From Glaucostegus cemiculus (taxonomy: Eukaryota), in the NCBI GenBank assembly GCA_976551045.1, contig CDPCPM010000180.1, forward strand, positions 22,568,001 to 22,632,000: DNA of 64,000 nucleotides, in the 5' to 3' direction. The notes beneath the pieces are model-generated. The model was given only the letters and a program-made list of their open reading frames with translations. It was not told where the DNA came from and ran no database searches. The translations under genes and the position numbers were made by a program. Positions 24,078 to 37,338 of this stretch are shown here, in pieces. Each line of letters starts with the position of its first letter. Positions within the stretch are counted from its first letter, which is position 1.

Positions 24078-25389
24078 AACATGAGAATTCCTGGCCCAAG
24101 ACTATTCAAACTAAATGAGGGACTTCTGCTAAGGCCATGATCACAGTAAGTTTCTCTGTTGGAAGCATATGGTGGCCAAAAGTCCATAGCAGAAAGGCCA
24201 TGCAATAATCTGGTCAACCCACCCACCTTGTCAAGCTCCATCCATCTTACTTGGGTCTATAGATTCCACATAGGATTCAATAATTGCCTCAGAACTCACA
24301 TAACTGTTGAGAAAACAAGTAATTTGAGACACTGAGGAACTGGCTGGAAAGAGAACAAGATGACCACCAGGAGTGTCACATTAACTTGAAACGGGCAATT
24401 AGAATCCAGAGAAAGGAAGCATTCTGAATGCTAATGACAGCAATAAATATTAATATATGATAGCTATACACTAAGTGGTAGATTTATTCATGCTTAAAAA
24501 TAGAAAATGGGATGGAATTCCAGCAGACTGGTTGAGAGACTGACATGAAAGTTCAGACCCTAGTCTTTGAAAATGTGAATACTCGAATATGCATTAGTTA
24601 CATATATTAATGGAATATTACTTAGTAAATAAGACCCAAACAGAATGTTTATGTGATTACCATAGTGCAATCTATGTAGATGTGATTGCAATTTAGAAAA
24701 CAGGTTGACTTAATGTGGCTAGCAATCTATCGCATTTCACATCGATCTAGTGTGATTAGTTATGCTGTGGAAATTTATCTGCTCACCCCTTTGAAATAAA
24801 TTTGTTTTTAAAAAGGCACCAAAATGGGTAAGAGCCAGAATTTTTTTTCAGTTCCTGATGTACTCTGAAAGCTGGCAGTCAAAAGTTTCTGAGAGTCTGC
24901 CTTATACATTTCACATAAAATTGTCCATTCAAGGTCTCACCAGCTCATTTCTAACTACTCTATCTTTTACTTGGGACTTATTACATTACATTGAGAGCTA
25001 ATAGCCTTTGCTTGTTCCTTGCTAATATGCGTACCAAGGTGCAGGCAGAGGCTGTTCACCTTTGTTGTGCAGGAATTTATTTTAAAGGAGTAATCCAACT
25101 GTTGGACACAGCTGGTAAAAGCTTAAACGAGGCACTAGTGTGTTTTATTTGTTTTCATTTAATAAATGATGGAAAAGTATGTAGTGTAAAGCCATATTTT
25201 ATCAACAAATAATCTTGGTTATTCTCAAGTTCAAGCAGTGTGCTAGGACAGGAGACAGTAAAATGAAGCTCTTGAACAAATAGTCTTTGATCATAAGGAG
25301 CTACAACTAGCATACAGTAGTTTTAGAGCTCCCAGTCTACAATATCAGACAAGGTTTCTTCAGCATCACTGAAAACACACTTTCTATCA

Positions 25390-25625
25390 CTTAAAAAGAT
25401 GAGGTCAGCAGCCACACGAAAACACCACCAACTTCAAGTTCACCTCAAAGTCTCAATTTTGTAATAAAATCACTGCTCCTTCATTGTACAAAATGCTGCT
25501 TCAAAGTCCAACAACTCCCTACCAAAATCACAATAGAAAGCCTTTCATCCCAAAGACAGGAGGGATTCAAGATGATGGCCCAGTATCATATTCTCATCAT
25601 TAATGAGAGAATGGGAAATAACCCG
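25390..25625 (+). mobile_element. Old LINE 3' end (CR1/L2 group)
   Basis: 'cagcagccacacgaaaacaccaccaacttcaagttcacctcaaag...' is homologous to 27330-27590. Confidence 0.5.
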
Positions 25626-27299
25626 CGTGAAAGCTCTATGGCTGAGAATGAGCTCGTAAAAAATCCATTTTACAGAAAATACTAAGCTGTTAAACTGTCT
25701 GAACTGAAAGGGATCTGAATCTACTTGTGTGCTGGCAACAGAGAAACATCATGCTGGAAAATGTGTTAAGCAAAGAAGTCCAGCTAATGAAGAGTCACTA
25801 TTGAAGTCTATGGTTGGATAAAAATAATGTTCATTGACGACTACTGGCAAGCTCTATGCCAAAATCTGAGAATAATAACATCAAAACAGTGACCATTATG
25901 TATTTCCTCAATAGATGCAGCATCTCTAAAATTATTAAACAATTTGCTGTTATCCAGACCATAGTTACAACACAGAAAATATTACTCTGCTATACAATCC
26001 AACACTAGAATGTGCTCTTCTTCTGAGATAGCTTATGAATTACATGCTCATGTTTGCAGACATGCACTTTAGTTGATGTACCATTCCACAGTGAGATCCA
26101 TCTCTCAACTTCAGTTGCTCTCCTGGCCCCTTTGTTGAAAAAAACTTCATGGGTGAGAAAAAAAGTCTTTTATTCCATACATTTTCTTTTCCTCAGTGCT
26201 CTGAGAAATGGAAAACAAAAGACTACATTTTTAATAATTGATATATTTTTCAAGCAATGTATCTTAAAAGCACAAGCCATTGGCCAATTTTATTCAGTTA
26301 AATGATGAGCTGATGATATTGACAGCATGCATCTGGAGACATCTACATCAGCACCTGTGTGTTTCCAAAGTAGCAAAACATTATTGGCCTGCTTCAGTGC
26401 AGGTGTACTTTACAGCCTGATATACATCCTCTTCTCAATCATCCCTCCTTTACCCCATTACATTTGGTTCCATGTTTCTCTAAATGGAATTACCTTTATT
26501 TTTGATGATATATTGAAGCATCTCTCTTCCCTGACAGTTCAAGAGAGATCAGAGAAATTAGACTATCTCTTGGTTGGTATTTACCACATAACCTAAAAAT
26601 AGCTGCTAATTATCCCCATTAGTGTCTTTTTGTTGGCTGCCTTGTTGTCTACCTTACAACAGCAATTATACTTAACAAGTACATTGTTATCTGGATACAG
26701 GGTGTGTGTCCAGAAAGTGCGATGATATTTTTCTTTCTTCCTAAGTCTTGATAACCCTTTGAAAGGACTTCAATCTTCATGTACAGTCAAGCCCCACATT
26801 CCAGGGGAAGATAAGTATTACGTTCCTAGAAAACTGTCTGTAATGCAAAGCCACATCATCTGTGCATGTGTCAAGAAATGAGAGTTGAAAAATATTGTAT
26901 TTATTTTCTTTTTCACACAAATTCTGAGAGCGCAAATGTTATTTTGTACCTCAGATTTTTGAAATTTGTGAATTCCTTAAGGGCGATTTTCCATTACCTG
27001 AACTGCTATAATGTGAGGGTCATCTGTATTACATCGTTGACAACACACTATTGACAGCAACACAGTGTATAACTAGCTAAATACTTGATGCCTTTTTTGT
27101 GCTCAGTGAATAATCCAAATGCTCTCTTGGTTTAATTGAGGCTCATCAATCCCCCAGTTGTAGATACAATTGACAATGACATCATTGGTAGAAGCAACGA
27201 CTGGATAGTTTTGTGGAGACAAGGTCCAATCTTCACTTCAAAGACACCCTGCATCATGCTACAAACATGCAAAATAGGACTGATGTGATTACTTGCCCA

Positions 27300-28205
27300 A
27301 GCTACTCCAAGAGCACCTCTAAAATCTACCTCTAAGGAGGACAACAGCAGTAGATGCATGGGAATACTGCCATCTGCCAGTTCATCTCCATGTTGTGCAC
27401 CATCCTGACTTGGAAATATATCACTGGTCCCTCATAGTTACTGGTTCTAAACTCCTTACCCAACAACATTGTGGATATACCTTCACCAAAAGGGCTGCAG
27501 TAGTTCAAGGCACACAATCACCTTTTCAAGGCCAATTAGACATGGGCAATAAATGCCTTTCCAGTGAAGCTCACAAACAAATAAAAAGAACAGATTCATA
27601 ATGGGAAAGAACTGACAGCTCAAGTGGCCATTGGCAGCAGCAGAAAGCCACAATGCTACAGCTTATAACCTTATGGTCTGGCATTTCCCTCACTTTTAAG
27701 CCTGAGAATCAAACCAGGTTCATTGATTTTGGAAGAACATGCTGACTGCAGTGCCAGAAGTACCTAAATATGAGATGCCAGCCTAGTGAAGCTGCAGTAC
27801 ATTACTACAAGTATGCTAAACAGCAAAAAGAGCATGCAATGCACACAGTTAAGTAAGCTTGGATAAAGATAGAGCTATGCATTCCTGTCATACTGGGTTG
27901 TGAATGGTTGGTGGATAATTAAGCCTAATGGAAGCAAATGGCACTAGTATACTTATTGAAGGCAGAGCGTTGCATTAGAGTATCAAAGTCAAGCCTGAAG
28001 CATTCACAGCTGCATTCAGCCAGAAGTGCTGAGTGGATGATACATTTTGGCTTCCTCCTGAGATTCTCATGAGCAAGTCTTCAGCCAATCTGATTCACTC
28101 CACATGATGTCAAGAAATAGCTAAGAGCATTGGATACAGCAAAGTCAACAGGCCAGATAACATTCCAAATGCAGCACTGAATAATTCCACTCCAGCACTA
28201 GCTGT
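27300..28205 (+). mobile_element. Old CR1/L2-group LINE fragments (3' end followed by an internal piece)
   Basis: Tail 'caaggccaattagacatgggcaataaatg'. Internal 'gaatggttggtggataatt...ttcagccagaagtgc...gatacagcaaag..ggccagataacattcc'. Confidence 0.6.
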
Positions 28206-28224
28206 ACCCATCTTTGATCAATAG

Positions 28225-29045
28225 TTTTTTATTCAGATCAAATTTCAAGATCCAGCCTTTGCTGGTAAGGCCAGCATTTTTGCCCATTCTGAACTGCACT
28301 TGAACTGCCGCTGTCCTTCTGGTGAAAGTACTCCAGCAACTGTATTTGGTAGGAAGTTCCAGGACTTAGAGCTATCAATAATGAAGGACTGTGGTACATT
28401 TTCAAATCAGGATGGCCTGCAACTTGGAGGGGAGTCTGCAGATAGTTGGTGGCCCCCTGTTTATGTTGCCCTTGTCCTTCTTGGCAGTAGAGACTGTGGG
28501 TAAGAGAGATCCTGCCAGTGTAGACTGGGTGAATAGCTGCAGTGCACTGCCCATTGGTGGAGGAGGAAATTATTGTTTAATGTAGCTGTTGGGTTGCCAG
28601 CCGAGTGGTCTGCTTTGTCCTGGATGGTGTCAAGATTTTTTTTTGAGATTTGCTAACATTGCACTCAGCCAGGCAACTGTAGACTATTCCATCAGACTCC
28701 TGACATGTTTTGTAGATGGTGGAAAGGCACACCAGGAGCGGAGTCACTTGCTGCAGGATATGCAGCCTCAACCCCGCTCCTCTTCTGTTCTTTTTATGTG
28801 GCTGGTCTGCTTGAGTGTCCGGTCAATGACCCGCAGGATATAGATGGAAGGACACTCAGAAATGAAAATGCAATCGAATATAAAAGGCTGTAGGTTTAAA
28901 TTTGTTAGATATAGTCATTGCCTGACACTTCAGTGGCACAAATGTAGTCAGGGTCTTATTGCTTGCAGGTAGGGAGTGCATCATTTGGTGAAGAGTTGCC
29001 AATAGAATTGAATATTGTGCAATCATCAGCAAACATCCCCAGAGA
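28225..29045 (-). mobile_element. Same LINE family, 3' portion, opposite strand
   Basis: 'ggccagcatttttgcccat...ggaagttccaggact...ttggaggggagt' is the reverse complement of the 27330-27590 family. Minus peptide LSTIYKTCQE. Confidence 0.65.
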
Positions 29046-29399
29046 TTGACAATAACTGCTGCTTTAGCCAGCAACTCCTGCATCCTCAAATACTAATAAA
29101 AAATAATAAATGGAAGCATCTGTTTTTACTTTAATACTTGTTCTCAAAATATTATTGGGAGCCAACTTAACCTGTCAAGGAAGGCAAGGTAAGTTTTATA
29201 TTGTCAGAATGCCAACACCTTTAATTCATAATAACAGCTGCGGTGGGGCTGTCAGGTAGGGTGAGATACTTGAATGTGAAACTGTGTCCAGGAGGGAAGA
29301 TTTCTGCATTGGAGGTGTGGCAAACCATATCATTCTGGCTTGACTTATAGGAAAGAGCTTAAGAATTAAACTGTCAGCATCTCACAACATATCACCCTG

Positions 29400-29850
29400 T
29401 TCTCATCTTTCATGCAGCTTGAATCTTCTCCCTAACCCTCTGTCTGTCCTCTTTCTGAAAATAATTTCTTTAAAAACTTCCGGTAACCTGAGAAAGAGAG
29501 AAACCAAGTTGTTTTTTGACCAACTGAAATCAACTTGTTTGCTCTCTTTCCCAGCTCTTATGAAAGGTTCAACTAGAAACATTAACTGTTTCTCTTTCCA
29601 CAGATGCTGTCTGACCTGCTAAGCACTTCCAGCATTTATGTCTTTATCATCTTTTTCAATGCCTGTTTATATACTTGTGGAGCAACTCAGGATATTTTAC
29701 TTCATTAAAATGTATTACACAAATACATAAATATCGAACATCAAGAAAGCTGCTGATGCTGGTACTCTTAAAAACAGAAAATGCTGGGAAAAAAAGCACA
29801 GCGGGTCAGACAGCTGAGAAATAATCATCAGTTTGGGTCTGCTGCTCTTT
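29400..29850. mobile_element. PLE terminal-repeat remnants
   Basis: 'ccacagatgctgtctgacctgct..cttccagcattt' (+) and 'aaacagaaaatgctggg..cagcgggtcagacagc' (-). Confidence 0.55.
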
Positions 29851-30204
29851 TTTAAAAATTGGAAACAGAATCTGCCAGAAATATTTAGCTCAAGCAAGCA
29901 GGAATTTTATTGCCAAAGGCAGACGTGTAGTCAGTTACTCTGCTAGCACATACATCGAACTAAAGGTGGAATGCATCCAAAGGCTCCAAACTATCTGAGA
30001 CCAGTGTTGGCTGCAAAGTTCTGTCTGGCGTGTGAGGGTGGAGCCTCGACTCACTTCAAATAGTCAATTGTTGGTATAGACACAGGACTCTGGAGGCCAA
30101 GAGCTCCCACATCTGAAGCCTTCCAGAGACTTGAGACACAACTGTCTATCATTCATACTTTGTCAAACTCCTTTTGAAAGGTCATAGACATAGCACAGTA
30201 GTAC

Positions 30205-30600
30205 TAGCAATGGCTTAGTGATTAGCACCTTGGTTGTGGGTTCAACTCCCACTCCAACCAAAGTGTCCAAATATTCAGATGACATTCTGTTGCAGTAATA
30301 TCAAATTAGTTATTAAACTGATGCCTGATTTATTCTTTCAGATAACAATTAAAATCCCAGGGCATGATTTTGAAATAAATTAGGCAAGTTTTCTTCAGTG
30401 GCCAAGAAAAAGCAATATCTATCCTTCAAACAACAATCAACAAAAACAAATTATCTGGCCTATCCAAATTTTGTACAGGCTTGTACACAAATGGGCTGCT
30501 GCAATTATTATACTTTAAAATTACTTAATTGTCTGCGAAGTGTACTGGGGCTTCCTGAGGCTGTGGGAAATGTGGTTTAACACAGTCTTACTCTTTTCTT
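30205..30600 (+). mobile_element. Deu-SINE-like element with tRNA-like head
   Basis: Head 'tggcttagtgattagcac..gggttcaactccc' (A/B-box-like) followed by a degenerate Deu core. Confidence 0.55.
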
Positions 30601-30669
30601 AAATAAACATTGATACAAATAACAAGGGGTAAAATAGAAAAATCGTAAAATTAGTGAGCAAGCTGTCAA

Positions 30670-30980
30670 AGTCCTGGATTATGAGTTTGAATTTCCCACT
30701 GCACCTGGAAAATTTAAATTTAAGTAATTAAATAAAGCTGGATTTTTTAAAGCTAATTTTAATAACAGTAACCATGAAACTGTCAGATTGTTTTAAAAAA
30801 CCATATGGTTTTCTAGTGGCCATCAGCAAAGGAAATCTACTATCTTAACTTATCTTAACCTATCGTAACTTCTGTGTGACTCGAATCCACCAATATGGTG
30901 ATCTCTTAATTGATTCCTCCGTTCAGGGGCAATTAGTGATGGACAACAAGTGTAGTCACATCACATCCCTTGAATACTAA
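30670..30980 (+). mobile_element. Old SINE sharing the 'gggcaattag..gatggacaa' LINE tail
   Basis: Homologous to 51968-52320 ('gtaaccatgaaact..ggaaatct'). Tail resembles 27530-27550. Confidence 0.55.
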
Positions 30981-31909
30981 GTAAAATATGCTCACCATTT
31001 ATTTAATGTTCAAAATATTGAATCATGCTGTAACTTGTCTGAAACTGTGTAACAGAAAGCTAGGAAACCAGTTTTTTTTAAATATCTTGAATGAACAAGA
31101 AAAATTAAAATAAACAGAGTGGAATTTAACATTGGTGCATTTCCTTGTGTTTAGGTATCTCCACTGACAATTTCACACTATTCTTCGTAACTTCCATCTT
31201 AATTTGATCTTGGGTAATACTAACGGGTAGTGGGCCTGGAAGCGCATGTTGGCTTGACGAAGTTCCTTTCCTGAAAGAGCACAAGTGAATCCATTACTTT
31301 TATTTTTAAGTGCTAGCTTTTTATCAGATTCTAACAAAATTCAATGTCAGAACTTTCCATTTCACCAATATCTACATTACTAATGGAGCATTGCAAACAT
31401 TAAACTACCAGAACCAGCAGCGTAACTGTTAAGGGCTAACACACCTCATTTGTGACAATAACAAAGGCACTAGTTGCCTTTTTGCCAATGGTTTTAGTGC
31501 CTCTTCCCATCCTTGTGCTCCTCAGCAATGTTACCTCAGTAACTTCAGTAGAGGCAATGGGATCTATTGATTGCTAGTTTAGAACTAATGGCCTTTTGTC
31601 ATCTGCCATGACCTCAATCAACTACACCTAGAATTTCGCACTTTGAATTGTTTTGTGCCAAAGTCCTCCAAGAGGATATCAGGTATCTCTCTTCATTTCT
31701 GCCTCCTCCACAAAGGCACCATCTGAAAACTTGGGACTCCGTGCTCTGCATGCTTTGCCTTTCTTCATTGCTTCACAAGCCAGGTTCACTGCTAGCAAAG
31801 TCCTAGCGCCATCACTTCTAGCTTTAAGCACTGCAGGCTTAGTCTAAACTGGAAGGCTAGACTTTGAGCACCTTGCAGACTCACACAGCCATTGAACAGC
31901 ACATATGAT

Positions 31910-32149
31910 GGAGACACAGAGACTGCAGATGTAGGAAACTGGAGCAAAAAAAAACTGCTGGAAGAACTCAGTGGGTCAGGCAGCACCCATGCAGGGAAAT
32001 GGGACAGTCCTCGACCGAAAATGTCAACTGTCCATTTCCCTCCACAAATGCTGCCTGACCCGCTGAATGAGTCAGGCAGCACCTGTGGAGGGAAATGGAC
32101 AGATGCTGTTTGACCAGCTGAGTTCTTCCAGCAGTTTGTTTTTTGGCAA
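31910..32149. mobile_element. PLE-derived insertion with four alternating inverted arms
   Basis: Alternating-orientation copies of 'gtcaggcagcac..g.agggaaatgg.acag'. TSD cacatatgat at 31900-31909 and 32150-32159. Confidence 0.75.
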
Positions 32150-34369
32150 CACATATGATAATACTGCAAGCAGAAGTCATATGAACAACTACACCACAAA
32201 GATGGCGTTCTGCATGAATTTCATTACTCGAGTTAATTGTTGCATCATTTTCAGGGTTATTCAATATAGCCCCTGATGCATCAACTGATCCAGTAAAGTT
32301 CATGTCTCTGCCTTGTGCAGGGTTACCTGATCACAGCTGGTGAAACAGTAGGGATGGGTGAACAGTTAATTGGCTTGGTCTCTCATCCCTTCTTGCAATC
32401 CAGTAACTGTTGCTTGGGTAGCCTGCATACAGGCAGGATCTGACTTGTCTATTATGCCCCACTGCTTGAATATCCTGGCAATCTTCACAATAAACTCTCA
32501 TAAATTAACCTGGCTAATTAGGTCAGGAATTGAAGCCTGGTTGCAGACAATGAACTGTACTCAGCAAGGAGGTAACACTATCAGTAAATCTTTTTTGATG
32601 ATTTGTCTCTCAGTGATATGTCTCTTTTGCTTCATTAGTTCTTTGCATTACTGTATATTACATTCTAAATCCACTTCACACTTCAAATTCTCTGCAGCTC
32701 CTCTCATTGCTCCAAACTTTGCTGTGCTGTGCTTAGATTCCTCTAAGGTAATCACTGGCTGATAACTGGATAAAATTCACAACATTTCCTGGTTCATATC
32801 TTTATCATCAATCAACATTAATGTTCAATTAAGTTTTCCCCATTGCAAAACATCTTACACATTCACCCTTTGGTCTGCCTTTCTTCTTCTCCTTTTACCT
32901 TTCCATGTCTTCAATCATTTTAAAACCTTACATATAGTTGCTTTATAAATTGAAGATTGGTTTTTCACTCTCTCTCACTCTCTATGTTCTTGGTATCTTT
33001 ACATTTGCTCCACAGTGCAGGTAAGCTTAAACAAAGTAAACAAAGGATAAGGAATATCAATTCTTAAGTTATTTTATCCAATTATCGTATTCTGTATCTT
33101 CTCAGGATCTGTCTTGCTATTTATCCCTCAATCTATGTCACTGAACCAAATTATCTGGCCATTTGTCTCAGTGACTGTACAACATTTGCAGTCATTCTTC
33201 CTGCTTTCCAGAAGTGACTGTCCTTCAGTAGTTCATTATCTCTAATCACTTTAGGATATCACAAGGTTATGCAAGGTACTATACAAGTCTTTCATCTTAT
33301 CTATCACCTCCTACAGGTGGCAAAATGGCACACATTAAAGTTATTTTAGATTTTATTATTAAAATAAGTGAATAAAATGGGCAGTATTTATTTATACAAA
33401 ATTTAAAGTGATTGTCAAAAAGGGGGAAAATTATACTTTCACTCAACAAGCTATTATGATGCATGACAAGATGGTGGAAATTTTAAAAGTTACTTCAGAA
33501 CAAAATTAGATATACACCTTAAGAATGCAATTCACTGGGGACCTTTTCCAAAGATCCATGACAGGCTTGATGACTCCTTCCTCCCACTCCCCAAGTAATT
33601 CCCATGTATTTTCTTTCCAGTCAACCTTAGATTAAATTGATCATTTTAAAGGAAATGAATGGCCTGCATTTTGCAGAGCATAATGGTGAAAGATTCAGCT
33701 CCAGTATCTCACAAAAGTGACACAGCTTCATAATTTCCAAATGTGTGACAGTTTACTCAGAAATAAGAAAATTGCTGTCAGCAATTTGTCAGGAGTCAGC
33801 AGAGTGTGGTCCAACACTGGATCTATCTCAGCAATTCAGTGGGAACTTGGGTTCATTATTCAAGTTATGATTTCACCAGAAAATTCTATCCCAGGCCCAA
33901 AGAGATGCATTTTCTCAATTATTTCAATGGATGGAAACAGTTGCACGAGACTCAGAAAAAAAGTTTACTAACCTAAAAGAAGTTTAGCTGGATTATTTGT
34001 TTAAAAAAAAACTTCTTTCGATCTTTCCAAACATTTTGATGACTTTTTAAGTTCAGTCTTGAGAAGTTTTAGACATCTTTCAGTCTTCTTGTGATTGTTC
34101 TTATTAAACTCCACTTAACATTTTACAAGAGTTTTGAATGTATTTTTCAATGTCCCAGAAACATTCAAAGACCATGTTTTGAAATAACAATAACATTTTG
34201 AGCTGTAACATAGCCCAATAAAGTAGTTTCAGTCTTCAGGCCCACATGGCCTTGTCTTCCAGTTTCTGAAAGTTCCTGCTGGGAGGATCACTAAAGGGAA
34301 GACTGTAATTTCACTTTAACCATTGGCTTGCTGATGATCACAAAATCTGCTGCAGTAAATCTGAATTTG

Positions 34370-35520
34370 AGAAGTGGGAGACTTTCAAAAGTGAAATAGT
34401 GAGAGTTCAGGCAAACATGCTCCTATAAGAGTGAAGGGTGCAGGCAGCAAGTCCAGGGAACCTTGGATGTCAAAGGATAAGGTTAAGATCCCACATGGAA
34501 GGCTGGCTCAAAAGGTCACAGTCCATCAGCCCATGAGATCCAAAGTAAACTGGTAAATTGAATCTAAAATTGGATTAGTATAAGAGACGGAGAGGGATGA
34601 TGGAGGGTCATTTTTGTAATTCTGTGACCAGTGGTAATACCAGGATATAGTATACTATAATACAAGGATCATAGTTGAGGCCCTTGTTGTTTGATGTGAA
34701 TGTGTATATTATACATAAAAGATTATATATTTAGTTGCCTTTGATAATATTACCAAGGCAGAATTACTTAAAGATTGCTAAAAAAAAAAAATCTTCTCTA
34801 TATGAAAACTCTGATAGGTGCCATGGTCTGCCAAGAGAGGATTGATAATAACCAAGGTCAGGATGAAGTAATTTTATAAAGCTGCCAATCAGAGACATTG
34901 CTGAACATATCACACAGCATTTCTAAATGGTGCAATTTGTCTTCTCTTTTCGTGATCTGCTGGAATGCACTGCCTGCAGATGTGAAGGAGGTATCCACTG
35001 TGGCCTTCAAGAGGGAATTGTATTAATAAATAGTGGAGAAAAATTTGAAAGGCTACGGAGATGGAGCCAGGGTTGGACCTAGTGAGTCACTCTGGTAGAC
35101 AGCTACTATTACATGATGGGCTGGATACCTCCTCCAATGTTCTAACCAATGATCCTATAACAGGGTGGACACGGAGAGGGCATTCCTTTTTGTGGGAGAA
35201 CTGGGGAAATCACATGTTTAAAAATAAGCAGTCACCCATTCAAGACAATGATAAAGGGAAATATTGTCTGTCAAAGTGCCATACATCCTTGGGATTCTCA
35301 TCCTCAGAGGATCATGGAAGCAGAATCTTTAAATATTTTTAAGGTAGATGTAGGGGGCTCTTGATAAACCATAGGGTTAAAGGTTACTGTGGGGGGGGGG
35401 GAAGAGGTAGGTACGTGGAGTTAAGGTTATAATCAGAACAGGAATGATCTTATTAAACGGCAGAGCAAGCTCAAGAGATCAAGGAGACTATTCCTATCCC
35501 TAATTCATTTGTTCATAAAT
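34370..35520 (+). mobile_element. Several old CR1 fragments and tails
   Basis: 'aagatcccacatggaaggctg' (KVPHGRL-like), 'ctggaatgcactgcctg' (WNALP) and two CR1 tails. Confidence 0.55.
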
Positions 35521-35529
35521 CATTTTCCC

Positions 35530-35955
35530 TTTTAGAAGCAGGTTATTAAGATCAACACAAGGGAGTGGACCATCTAACCAAGTTGCATAATTGCTCCTAA
35601 TTAAAACCTTCACAGAAAAAATGCAATTATGCCATTGACAAAAGAATTAAAGCAATTGAAAAACTTCAGAAGTGATTGCTAATAATAAACACCAAGCACA
35701 TGTATGTATTGCTGTTTTAATTTAAGCAGTTATACATTTCCCATCAGTTCTCAATATTTCTCACAATTCAAGCTTCCTGATCCTTACAATAAGTAGGTCT
35801 TTTACCTTTTATATTTAGAGATTCATCTTTATTGTTAAGGAATATCACACCTCCTCTTATAATTAGATTATACCAATAGCATCTCTGCTACCAGAGAACT
35901 GTCAAATTGCTCTCCACGATGAACCACCAAAAAAAAGAGGCTGTACATTTTCCAA
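35530..35955 (+). repeat. Direct duplication, copy 1 (not a recognisable TE)
   Basis: Colinear with 36875-37338. Identical blocks ttttatatttagagattcatctttattg (35807-35834) and acctcctcttataattaga (35849-35867). Confidence 0.85.
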
Positions 35956-36874
35956 GCACATTTTCCTCACAAACTTGACTTTGACAGATTCAAGAAAACG
36001 AGACTGCAAGCAGTGAATGAGTTGAAAATGGTAATTATCTGTTTGGTTGGAAAAGCACGAGAAACAATAAATTCCGTTACTATAGATCACAGTAGAACTA
36101 TTCAAGAGGTCAGTTAACATCTGAGAAGAGAAAATAAAATTTAATACTTTGACTGTGGGCAATTCATCAGAATTGGAAACAGGAAAATAGAGAGAAGAAA
36201 GGGAAAGGAAAAAGGGACAAGAAACAAAATGAATGATAATAGCTGCAATCACAGTTCAGGAAATGGAGTTATCAGAACAGATTTAGAGATAAAGAATGAC
36301 AATGGAATGAGGAGAAACATATTGCAGAAGTCAGCAGGTATTTATTGATTAAAACAAATGCCTGTGAGGTGAGTTACAGTTTGTAAAAGTCAAACAAGCA
36401 CAAATGTTGTCCTTTTTCACCGCCTTCATTTTATTCAAAACCGACATTGATCTGATTGCCACCTACCAAAGGATCTATACTGGAGCTCCGAAATGAGCTT
36501 TACTCTCCATGTCAGTGTAAAATTATTTCCAGTGGTTTTATTTTTGTCTTCACCGGGGAGATGTATGTGCTATTTACGATAGTTTAAAATGAGTGACACC
36601 TACAATTGCGACCAGATAATTTTTCATCACAAATCTGGAAGACAGATTACTAAAATACTTCATATGATGAGCAAAATGTACCAAACATATCTTGACTCTG
36701 TGAGATGCTAGGTACAACAGAGATGGACTGGATGGTTTCTGAACAACTAATGCATTGCTGGTGAAAGACCAAGGCAATTCAAGGGTGAATTACAATAAAG
36801 TCTGTAGTTCCAACTGGGATGGACATTTTAACCTTTAATTGAAGACCATCAAAGCTGATCAAATTATTTTCACT

Positions 36875-37338
36875 TTTAGATGCAGGCTACTTAAATCAAC
36901 AAAATGATCTGGGGAATTGGATCGTCCAACCAAGCTGCAAGTTGATCAATGAAAACCTGCCTGGACAAAATATAATTATGCTACTGATAAATTAAAGTCA
37001 TTGGAAAACTTCAGAAATTACTTTTAATAGTAGCCGGAAAATACAAATAATTTTAATGTATTACTATTTTAATTGAAACAGCTGCAAATTTACTGTCTGT
37101 TCTCAACACCTCTCACAATCCATGCTTTCTGGACCTTTCTATAAGTGGATCTTTTACGTTTTATATTTAGAGATTCATCTTTATTGCCAAGGTCTAGTCG
37201 CATGACGGCACAACCTCCTCTTATAATTAGACTAAACCAATAGCATCTGTGCTACCAAAGGATAAACTAATTGTCTTCTGCAGAGATCACAAGGGAATAC
37301 ACAGTGAACCACTAAAAAAAGTGTGCACGTTTTCTAAG
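36875..37338 (+). repeat. Direct duplication, copy 2
   Basis: Same identical blocks at 37159-37186 and 37213-37231. Confidence 0.85.
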
